From Terrimicrobiaceae bacterium (lineage in GTDB: Bacteria; Verrucomicrobiota; Verrucomicrobiia; Chthoniobacterales; Terrimicrobiaceae), in contig JBGSVZ010000002.1 in assembly GCA_041752695.1 (NCBI GenBank), positions 1 through 39,901 on the forward strand: a stretch of DNA of 39,901 bases. The letters run 5' to 3'. The position numbers and the translations under genes were made by a program. Positions 25,991 to 33,329 of the stretch are shown one piece after another; the stretch's first letter is position 1, and every line of letters begins with the position of its first letter. The notes beneath the pieces are model-generated. The model saw nothing but the letters and a program-made list of their open reading frames with translations, had not been told where the DNA came from and made no database searches.

Positions 25991-27514
25991 ATGAAAATTC
26001 CCAATCCCATCCTTCCCGGCTTCTTTCCCGATCCCAGCGTTTGCCGGGTCGGAGGAGATTATTATTTGGTTAACAGCAGCTTCGAATACTTCCCCGGGGT
26101 ACCGATCCATCACAGCCGCGATTTGGTCCACTGGCGACAGATCGGCAACTGCCTCACGCGGCCGAGCCAGCTCCCGCTGGAGGGAGCGGCGGCGTCCGAC
26201 GGGATCTATGCACCAACCATTCGTTACCACGACGGACGGTTCTACATGATCACGACGAACGTGCGGGGCGGGGGGAATTTTTTCGTGTGGACGGAGGACC
26301 CGGCCGGCCCCTGGTCCGAACCGGTCTGGCTGGCGCAAAAGGGAATCGATCCCTCGCTGTTCTTCGACCCAGATGGGCGGGTCTTTTTCACGTCTAATGG
26401 GACGAACTGGGCACCGGTGCGTGGGGTCTATCAATGCGAGATTGATCCCGCTACGGGTCGTCAACTGACAGAAACCCAGTTCCTCTGGCCTGGCACAGGC
26501 GGATCCTTCCCCGAGGCGCCCCATCTTTTTCGGCGCGGGGACTATTATTATCTCCTCGTTGCGGAAGGCGGAACCGCCGAGGGCCACATGGTCACCGTGG
26601 CGCGCTCGCGGGATCCCTACGGTCCCTTCGAAAGCTGTCCGCAAAACCCCATCCTGACCCACCGCAGCCTGATGGCTCCCTTCCAGGGCACGGGCCATGC
26701 CGACTTTTTCGAGGACGCTTACGGCAATTGGTGGGCGGTCTTTCTGGGGTTTCGGTACGGCGAATACGGCTGGCACCACCTGGGTCGCGAAACCTTCCTC
26801 GCCCCCGTGGATTGGACCGCAGACGGGTGGCCGGTGGTAAACGGGGGCGCCATCCTACAGCCCGAGACCGAAGTGGCACGCCCGTTCCGCGAACACCGCT
26901 GGCCTTCGGGTCCGGACCGGGAGGTCTTTACGCCGCCGACCCTCGGCCCCGCCTGGTTGCACCTCCGCAACCCCTTGCCTGAACGGTATTCCCTAACCGA
27001 CCGCCCCGGCTGGCTTCGTCTCCACGGCGGAGCAGAAACCCTGGACGATCTCGCCAGCCCCACCTTTGTCGGACAACGGCAGCGTCACCATCAATGCCGG
27101 TTTGCGACCTGTCTGGATTTTGAACCCGCAACGGCCGGCGATGAAGCCGGCCTGACGGTCCTAGCCAGCAATCAGCATCATTATGAAATCGCTGTGGCGA
27201 GACGGGACGGCAAGCGATGTGTCGTCGTCAAACGCCGCATCGGCACCCTGGCCGCGGAGGTCGCCTGCGCCGAAGCGGAATCCGGACCGCTGGAATTTTT
27301 CGTCGAGTGCACCCCGACGGAATACCGTTTCGGCGTGCTGCGGGGTGAAACCGCACATGTTCTGGCCGTCGGCGAGACTCGATATCTCAGCACGCAAGTG
27401 GCGGGAGGCTACACCGGCGTGATCGTGGGACTCTATACAACCGGTGGCGGAGCCCCTTCGACGAATCCCGCGGAATTCGCGTGGTTTGAGATCAAGCAAC
27501 CGGCCAGCGGGTAA
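25991..27514 (+). CDS. GH43 beta-xylosidase/alpha-L-arabinofuranosidase with C-terminal ConA-like domain (507 aa)
   Basis: Start reassigned to ATG 25991. NPILPGFFPDPSVCRVGGDYYLVNSSFEYFPG, IYAPTIRYH, GIDPSLF, PEAPHL, GHAD, LGRETFL. No signal peptide. Confidence 0.93.
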   Translation: MKIPNPILPGFFPDPSVCRVGGDYYLVNSSFEYFPGVPIHHSRDLVHWRQIGNCLTRPSQLPLEGAAASDGIYAPTIRYHDGRFYMITTNVRGGGNFFVWTEDPAGPWSEPVWLAQKGIDPSLFFDPDGRVFFTSNGTNWAPVRGVYQCEIDPATGRQLTETQFLWPGTGGSFPEAPHLFRRGDYYYLLVAEGGTAEGHMVTVARSRDPYGPFESCPQNPILTHRSLMAPFQGTGHADFFEDAYGNWWAVFLGFRYGEYGWHHLGRETFLAPVDWTADGWPVVNGGAILQPETEVARPFREHRWPSGPDREVFTPPTLGPAWLHLRNPLPERYSLTDRPGWLRLHGGAETLDDLASPTFVGQRQRHHQCRFATCLDFEPATAGDEAGLTVLASNQHHYEIAVARRDGKRCVVVKRRIGTLAAEVACAEAESGPLEFFVECTPTEYRFGVLRGETAHVLAVGETRYLSTQVAGGYTGVIVGLYTTGGGAPSTNPAEFAWFEIKQPASG

Positions 27515-27542
27515 CCGCGCCCGCCCCTAAAAATGCCCTGCG

Positions 27543-27615
27543 GCAACAAAAAGCAACATGTGTCGCAACAAATGCTCGTTTTTTGCTTGCACATGGGGGA
27601 GCTTTTGCATATTTT
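27543..27615 (+). promoter_or_regulatory. Triple GCAACA direct-repeat operator plus sigma-70-like promoter of PEP-CTERM gene 2
   Basis: GCAACA at 27543, 27553 and 27565, TTTTGCTTGCA at 27581, TTGCAC-17-TATTTT. Confidence 0.72.
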
Positions 27616-27695
27616 TGTGAAGTTCGCAATCTCCCCAACCCCCCGTCCAAAACAAATCCCCGGTTCGCCGTAGACTCTACCCACCCCATCAAACC

Positions 27696-29600
27696 ATGAA
27701 GCTAAAATCACTCCTCCTTCGCACTGTGCTCGGCAGCGCAATAATCGGTTCGGCATCCGCCGCGACGAATCCATGGATTGGCGACACAGACAACAATTTC
27801 CTGAACCCCCTCAACTGGACGCTTGATACCCTGCCTAATTTTGGGACAGACATCATGCGATTCGACGGTCCGGGCAGCCAAGGTAACAGCACCATCACGG
27901 GAGTTAACCTCACCATGACGAACGCTGGAACAGGAGCAGGCACGAATCTGGCACAGATTCTGTTTTCAGGAGGGGCCCCCGCGCTCACTCTGTCCGGCGG
28001 AACGATTACCTTGGGAACAGCTGCGACCAACACGTACAACAACGCCATCGTCCTAAGCTCAGGTTCCACGGTGACCCAGACGATCGGCAGCAACATTGTG
28101 ATCGATGACGGCAAGGCCTACACCGCCTCGTTCGTCAATGCCTCCAATTCGGGATCGGGAGCTCTGCTGTCCTTCACCGGAAATATCGCTGGCGGCACTG
28201 GCGCGGGAACTCCCGGAATCATCTCATTGGGATTTGGCAACACTAGCACACACAACGGTGATTATGCAGTGAGCGGAAACATTAGTGCCGGTGCCGCCAC
28301 CGGGATCAATATCACGAAGCGAGGCACGGGTGTGCTGACACTTTCAGGCACCAATGTCCTCGGCAGCGGAACCGCAGCAGGTGGCCTGGCTCAGAATGAA
28401 GCGGGAACCATCCGCATTTCGGGCGGCCTCACAACCGTCAATAACCTGATTGGGTCGGCCAATGCCTTCGGCGGGAACAACGTTGCATCTACGCTCCAAA
28501 TAAGCGGTGGAACCCTCGACGTTAATGACGCTCGTGCTATCCGAAACAATCTGCTGGTAGACGGCGGCACTTTCGACGTTGGGACCGCCGGCTCCGGAGG
28601 ACGGCTCAGTCTCGATAGCGGGCGTTCCTTTACGATGACCGCGGGCCAGGTTAATGTGAATTCGACGACCGGCAGTTTTGGTGTTCGTTTCGGGGGCGAC
28701 AGTGGCGCCGGTGCCGCGGGCTTCGCTTTTGCAGGCACACAATCTGGTGGCAATTTTATTGTCAACGGCGCAGGCGGGCAGGATACGACTTTTCAGCTCG
28801 GAAGCACAACCGCGAGTATTGTCACTTCCTACGGCCTTTCCGGCGGTGTTCTTGATGTGAGAGGCAGCACCGGCTCGAATGCATTTGTGACAATCGGCGC
28901 CGATGCCGCGGGCACCAGCAACACCACCCTCAGCCTCTCGGGAACAGGCAAACTGATGGTCCGGAGCGTAACGACGGCTGGATCTCCTGGTAGCGCCGGC
29001 GTGAGCGGCATCCAGGGCCGGACAGGTTCGGCGGTCCAAGTTCTCGATCTCCAAGGCGGCACGCTGGTGGCAGGGCGCATCGACGCCACCAACCTGCGGG
29101 GTTCGATCGGAGGCAGCAATGGCACCATCGTTAATAATGGCTCAGGCATCGCCGCTGGTGATATTGGCGAAGCCGGTCGCACGGCGGTTGTCGGCAACTT
29201 GACGGTGTCGAGCGGAACAATGCTGATTGACGTGGGAGGCACCACCGCTGCGACGAACTGGCAGGACACATCGGCTGGATTCTTCGACAACATTGTGGTG
29301 ACCGGCAACGTCACTCTCGCCGGAACACTGTCCGTATCACTTATCGATTCGTTTGATCCCGTCGCTTTGAACTCCTTCACGATCCTGACCAGCGCTGGAC
29401 TGAGCGGAGCCTACTCGAACGTGGCGTTTAATGATCGCATCACCACAGTAGGTGGAGAGGGATCGTTCTTAGTCACCCAGTCGGGGAACAACGTTGTGCT
29501 CAGCGATTACCAAGTCATCCCCGAGCCCTCGACCTGCCTGCTCCTGGGCCTAGGTCTGGCGGGCATGGCGGTCCTCCGCCGCCGCTCGGTTCGTTCGTAA
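27696..29600 (+). CDS. PEP-CTERM sorting-domain protein with beta-helix passenger-type repeats (634 aa)
   Basis: Signal peptide (..GSASAA). ITKRGTGVLTLSGTN repeat. C-terminus IPEPSTCLLLGLGLAGMAVLRRRSVRS. Confidence 0.92.
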   Translation: MKLKSLLLRTVLGSAIIGSASAATNPWIGDTDNNFLNPLNWTLDTLPNFGTDIMRFDGPGSQGNSTITGVNLTMTNAGTGAGTNLAQILFSGGAPALTLSGGTITLGTAATNTYNNAIVLSSGSTVTQTIGSNIVIDDGKAYTASFVNASNSGSGALLSFTGNIAGGTGAGTPGIISLGFGNTSTHNGDYAVSGNISAGAATGINITKRGTGVLTLSGTNVLGSGTAAGGLAQNEAGTIRISGGLTTVNNLIGSANAFGGNNVASTLQISGGTLDVNDARAIRNNLLVDGGTFDVGTAGSGGRLSLDSGRSFTMTAGQVNVNSTTGSFGVRFGGDSGAGAAGFAFAGTQSGGNFIVNGAGGQDTTFQLGSTTASIVTSYGLSGGVLDVRGSTGSNAFVTIGADAAGTSNTTLSLSGTGKLMVRSVTTAGSPGSAGVSGIQGRTGSAVQVLDLQGGTLVAGRIDATNLRGSIGGSNGTIVNNGSGIAAGDIGEAGRTAVVGNLTVSSGTMLIDVGGTTAATNWQDTSAGFFDNIVVTGNVTLAGTLSVSLIDSFDPVALNSFTILTSAGLSGAYSNVAFNDRITTVGGEGSFLVTQSGNNVVLSDYQVIPEPSTCLLLGLGLAGMAVLRRRSVRS

Positions 29601-29650
29601 GGATTCTTGATTCGGGACGACGTCTGTCGTCCGACCAATTCCGGGGGGAA

Positions 29651-29686
29651 AAAGGCCGCCGTGGGAAACCACGGCGGCTTTTGTTT
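29651..29686 (+). terminator. Rho-independent terminator, probably bidirectional
   Basis: AAAGGCCGCCGTGG / GAAA / CCACGGCGGCTTTT then GTTT, with an A-tract before it, between convergent genes. Confidence 0.85.
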
Positions 29687-29705
29687 GGTAGTCCGATGAG
29701 TTTCC

Positions 29706-29841
29706 CGGAGCAGTTAGCCAGAGAAGGACAGAGTTTGAACAGGAGCGAACGGAGGGAACGGAGGTTAAGGGTTGATTGCCACCTGATTGAGCGCGACTTG
29801 AAAGCTCCTCCATCCGAGCCATCCGCGGCTAAACTGTTCCG
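29706..29841. repeat. ~136-bp intergenic element with imperfect terminal inverted repeats and internal GAACGGAG repeats
   Basis: CGGAGCAGTTAGCC (29706-29719) versus GGCTAAACTGTTCCG (29827-29841). The internal ACAGGAGCGAACGGAGGGAACGGAG resembles ACAGAAGGGAACGGAGGAAACGAAG at ~33274-33298. Confidence 0.5.
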
Positions 29842-29850
29842 TCCTTATGG

Positions 29851-30687
29851 TTAGAGCACCGTCACAATCAACGCCGTCGTATTGTCCCGACCGGACTGCG
29901 CCACGGCGGTGTTCACCAAATGCGCGGCGTGTTGGTCCACCGGGAGGCCGCTGCGCAGAAGGTCGGGGAGTTGCGAGTCGAAGACCCCATCCACCAGCCC
30001 GTCGGTGCAGAGGAGAAAGATGTCACCCTTTTCACAGGCCACCGCGCCGACCTGGGGATCGACGAACTGATGGCCAGCGCCGAGGGCTTTTTGCAGCGAA
30101 CTGCGGCCGGGGTGCTGGCGGGCCTCCCACTCGCCAATTTTTTTGTTCCGCAAAAGCCATCCCACATACGTGTCGTCGTGGCTGAGCTGGCGCACCTCCT
30201 TTTCGCCGGCCGGCAGGTAATAGATCCGGCTGTCGCCAATGTGGCCGAAATACATCCAGCCGGGCGTGAACCAGCACAAGCTCAACGTCGCCCCCATCCC
30301 GTTGCAGTCGGGATCGCTGCTGCCAAGATACATCAGGGCGCGGTGGATTTCCTGATAAAGCTCCGCCAGCACGTCCTCGAAAGCCGTCGCCAGGCCGGAG
30401 GCCGATTGTTTGAACGATTTCGGCAAAAGACGCGTAATCTTATCGACCGCGATACGGCTGGCAAACTCCCCCACCTTGGCCCCGCCCATGCCGTCGCTCA
30501 CGGCAAAGAGAAAATCCACGTCCCGAATGACGGCGTCCCCGATTCTCCCCAGGTAATGAACTTCCTGCGCATCGAACTGCAGGCAGAGAAACGAATCCTC
30601 GTTGTTTTTTCGCACCCGGCCGACGTGGGTGCAACCGGACCAGCGGAGCTCTTCGGGAGCGGCGGTTATAACAGGCGACTCCGTCAT
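29851..30687 (-). CDS. PP2C/PPM-family Ser/Thr protein phosphatase (278 aa)
   Basis: THVGRVRKNNEDS, AVSDGMGG, GATLS, HIGDSRIY, LLCTDGL, GRDNTT metal-binding motifs. Confidence 0.93.
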   Translation of the reverse strand: MTESPVITAAPEELRWSGCTHVGRVRKNNEDSFLCLQFDAQEVHYLGRIGDAVIRDVDFLFAVSDGMGGAKVGEFASRIAVDKITRLLPKSFKQSASGLATAFEDVLAELYQEIHRALMYLGSSDPDCNGMGATLSLCWFTPGWMYFGHIGDSRIYYLPAGEKEVRQLSHDDTYVGWLLRNKKIGEWEARQHPGRSSLQKALGAGHQFVDPQVGAVACEKGDIFLLCTDGLVDGVFDSQLPDLLRSGLPVDQHAAHLVNTAVAQSGRDNTTALIVTVL

Positions 30688-31079
30688 CCGGCCTTTTCCT
30701 CGAAGCCGGGCAGAATGGTGGCGAATTCAAAATCGATGATGCAAAAGCGGCCATCGGCCTGCCGGTACGTGATATTGCGGAGTTCCGCATCGTCGTGACG
30801 GACGCCGAAGGGAGTCAGTTCGTCGAAGATTTCCTTCATCCGGACCTCATCGAGGTGATCCACCCGATGCCCGCAACTTGTCGTCACCATTTTAAGTTCG
30901 TCGGGGTCGGCCTCCAAAAGACGAGGCACAAAGGTGCAGCCCATTTTTTCCAGGTGCCGCAACACCTTGACCTCCGTGGCAAACCGCTCCCCGGCGTTGG
31001 GACCGCGGAAGATTTTATGCACCCGGCCGTCGTAGCCAATTCGGACGGTGGCGCGGAGAGTATCCTTCACTTCCAGCAT
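30684..31079 (-). CDS. Minimal protein-kinase-like fold protein (~131 aa)
   Basis: Probable ATG 31079. VHK (beta-3 Lys), RFATEVKVL (helix-C Glu), VPRLL, HDDAELRNI (catalytic loop), IIDFE (DFG-like). Stop overlaps the PP2C start (ATGA). Confidence 0.78.
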   Translation of the reverse strand: MLEVKDTLRATVRIGYDGRVHKIFRGPNAGERFATEVKVLRHLEKMGCTFVPRLLEADPDELKMVTTSCGHRVDHLDEVRMKEIFDELTPFGVRHDDAELRNITYRQADGRFCIIDFEFATILPGFEEKAG

Positions 31080-31158
31080 GCCCCCAGCATGCCTCGCCGC
31101 AGACAAGTCGCAAGCCTGGATGGGGCACGCCGGAAGTTTGAAATTTTTCTCCCAAACA

Positions 31159-31174
31159 TGGCATTGTTCCTGCT
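31159..31174 (+). promoter_or_regulatory. Sigma-54 (-24/-12) promoter of glnII
   Basis: TGGCAT-TGTTC-CTGCT: GG at 31160-61, 10 nt, GC at 31172-73, about 100 bp upstream of glnII. Confidence 0.7.
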
Positions 31175-31272
31175 TTACTCCCTCTGCGCCAGTAGGGCAT
31201 CAGGGTAAAAATCAACACCGTGCGGCCAAACCGGCGCTGTCCGCTCAAAATTAGACACATCAACCAACATTT

Positions 31273-32295
31273 ATGGCGAAGTATAAACTGGAATATCTCT
31301 GGCTCGACGGCTACACGCCCGTCGCCAACATCCGTGGCAAAACCCTCGTAAAGGACTTTGATTCCTTTCCCGCTCTCGAAGATCTCCCGAAATGGGGCTT
31401 TGACGGCAGTTCGACACGTCAGGCCGAGGGTCACAGCTCGGATTGCGTTCTCCTGCCCGTGGCGGTTTATCCCGACACGACCAAGGTGAACGGCGCGATC
31501 GTGCTGTGCGAAGTCATGCTCCCGGACGGCAGCCCGCATCCGACGAATGCCCGTGCCACGATCCTTGACGATCCCGAGACCTGGTTTGGTTTCGAACAGG
31601 AGTATTTCCTTTATCGGGACGGGGTGCCCCTCGGTTTCCCGGAAGGCGGCGGTTATCCCGCTCCTCAGGGCAAATATTACTGCGGCGTCGGTTTCTCCGA
31701 TGTCGGCGACATCGCCCGCGAGATCGTTGACACCCACCTTGACCTCTGTCTCGATGCCGGCATCAATCACGAAGGCATCAACGCCGAAGTGGCGAAGGGC
31801 CAGTGGGAATTCCAGATCTTCGGCAAGGGCTCCAAAAAAGCCGCTGACGAAATGTGGGTCGCCCGCTATTTGCTCCAGCGCCTCTGCGAAAAATACGGCG
31901 TCGACGTGAACTACCATTGCAAGCCTCTCGGCTTGGATGTCGATTTCAACGGTTCCGGCATGCACTCCAACTTCTCGACGAAGTACATGCGCGAAACCGG
32001 CGGCAAGGAATACTTCGAGTCCCTCATGGCGGCGTTCGACAAATACAAAAACGAACATATCGCCGTGTATGGACCGGACAACCACCTCCGCCTCACCGGC
32101 CTGCATGAGACGCAGTCCATCGACAAATTTAACTACGGCGTCGCCAACCGCGGCGCCTCGATCCGCGTGCCGAACAGCTTCGTGCCTGCCGGTTACAAGG
32201 GCTACCTGGAAGATCGCCGTCCGAACTCCCAGGGAGATCCCTATAAAATCGCGAGCCGGATCCTTCAGACCATCGCGACCGTTCCGCAGCCGTAA
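31273..32295 (+). CDS. glnII: Glutamine synthetase type II (340 aa)
   Basis: MAKYKLEYLWLDGYTP, WGFDGSST, WFGFEQEYF, GINAEVAKGQWEFQI, NGSGMHSNFST, RLTGLHET, NRGASIRVP, GYLEDRRP. The length is typical of GSII. Confidence 0.95.
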   Translation: MAKYKLEYLWLDGYTPVANIRGKTLVKDFDSFPALEDLPKWGFDGSSTRQAEGHSSDCVLLPVAVYPDTTKVNGAIVLCEVMLPDGSPHPTNARATILDDPETWFGFEQEYFLYRDGVPLGFPEGGGYPAPQGKYYCGVGFSDVGDIAREIVDTHLDLCLDAGINHEGINAEVAKGQWEFQIFGKGSKKAADEMWVARYLLQRLCEKYGVDVNYHCKPLGLDVDFNGSGMHSNFSTKYMRETGGKEYFESLMAAFDKYKNEHIAVYGPDNHLRLTGLHETQSIDKFNYGVANRGASIRVPNSFVPAGYKGYLEDRRPNSQGDPYKIASRILQTIATVPQP

Positions 32296-32321
32296 GGTTT
32301 AGGATTGGTTTAAACTCATCG

Positions 32322-32359
32322 CGACGCCGCCTTGGAAACGAGGCGGCGTCGTTTTTTTT
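32322..32359 (+). terminator. Rho-independent terminator of glnII
   Basis: CGACGCCGCCTTG / GAAA / CGAGGCGGCGTCG followed by T8. Confidence 0.92.
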
Positions 32360-32370
32360 GTGCTGTGGAG

Positions 32371-32429
32371 CCACCGACTCACGTCGTAGGCTATTAGTCC
32401 ATCCTGTAGCCGGGTTCCTGAGGAGGGCG
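32371..32429. repeat. Degenerate GTAG-type REP-like doublet
   Basis: CCACCGACTCACGTCGTAGGCTAT (reverse complement ATAGCCTACGACGTGAGTCGGTGG) and GTAGCCGGGTTCCTGAGGAGGGCG in opposite orientations. Confidence 0.4.
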
Positions 32430-32439
32430 TGATAAAAAG

Positions 32440-32679
32440 TGGGTGAGGTTCAAGACCAGCACCAAAGGTGCGGAAGTATTATAGCCCACTCCGCAGGGCT
32501 GGGTTCACGATGGTCAATTTCAAGCGGCCTGAAGGGCGCGATTGAAACATGGGGAGAGGCGGGCATCCTATCGCGGCCCTTCAGGCCGCCCTTATTTTTC
32601 GGCCAAAGCCCCGGGCCTTCGACCCGGGCTGTAGCATTACGGACCTTCGGCCCTCTGGCCCTCTCGCAGACCTCACCCA
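32440..32679. mobile_element. 240-bp nested-palindrome MITE/REP-like element
   Basis: Perfect 10-bp terminal IR TGGGTGAGGT (32440) / ACCTCACCCA (32670). Inner arms GCGGCCTGAAGGGCGCGAT (32524-42) / ATCGCGGCCCTTCAGGCCGC (32570-89). Mirrored internal hairpins. No credible ORF. Confidence 0.65.
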
Positions 32680-32736
32680 ATGAAGTGGGCTGTCTGGCGT
32701 CTTGCACGGCAGGAAAAACTCGCGGAAACTCTGCAG

Positions 32737-33264
32737 ATGCGCTTCGTCCTGCTCATTTTTCTCGCTGCCGCCGCGTCCGCTTTCGCCCAACCGGCGAAAG
32801 AAAAAGGCGGCCGGATCACATTTCCGCCCGGCTCGACGGAACCGGTCCTCTCCGGCACAGCCAGCACGGCCCCGGTGCCCGCGCCCCGCGGGGGCGACAA
32901 ACCCGCGGAAATCATGGAATTGTTTTTCCTCGCACTGAAAGGCGGCCAGGTGGACGCCGCCTACGATGCTCTGGTGAAGGATTCGATCATCGCGGAGCGC
33001 AAGGAGGATGTGGCCGCCCTGAAGAGCCGCACCAAAACGGCGCTCGACAGCTACGGTCCGATAACGGGCTTTGAGGTGGTGGACGAAAAAATCGTCGGCA
33101 CCAGCCTGCTACGGCGCACCAGTGTCTCGCTCAACACGGATCTTCCCCTGCGCTGGCGGTTTTATTTTTACAAATCCGGCGGGGCGTGGCGCCTGGTGGA
33201 CCTCCGGGTGGACGACGCCCTGGTGGAGCTCTTTGAAGAGGCGGGCAAAGCGAAGAAGCCCTGA
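32737..33264 (+). CDS. Secreted hypothetical protein (175 aa)
   Basis: Start reassigned to ATG 32737 (MRFVLLIFLAAAASAFA signal peptide). Compact alpha/beta C-terminal region ending PLRWRFYFYK..WRLVDLRVD. Confidence 0.8.
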   Translation: MRFVLLIFLAAAASAFAQPAKEKGGRITFPPGSTEPVLSGTASTAPVPAPRGGDKPAEIMELFFLALKGGQVDAAYDALVKDSIIAERKEDVAALKSRTKTALDSYGPITGFEVVDEKIVGTSLLRRTSVSLNTDLPLRWRFYFYKSGGAWRLVDLRVDDALVELFEEAGKAKKP

Positions 33265-33329
33265 ATCTCTTTCACAGAAGGGAACGGAGGAAACGAAGAG
33301 ATGACAGACCGGCTTGGCGGAGAGAAGAC

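Noticed and set aside
27594..27609. Sigma-54 promoter TGGGGGAGCTTTTGCA before PEP-CTERM 2
   Set aside because: GG-N10-GC fits, but the -24 box is poor and it is not conserved in the paralogous promoter.
32439..33074. 211-aa ORF and the upstream extension of the 194-aa ORF
   Set aside because: They run through the palindromic element or out of frame with the signal-peptide-bearing gene starting at 32737.
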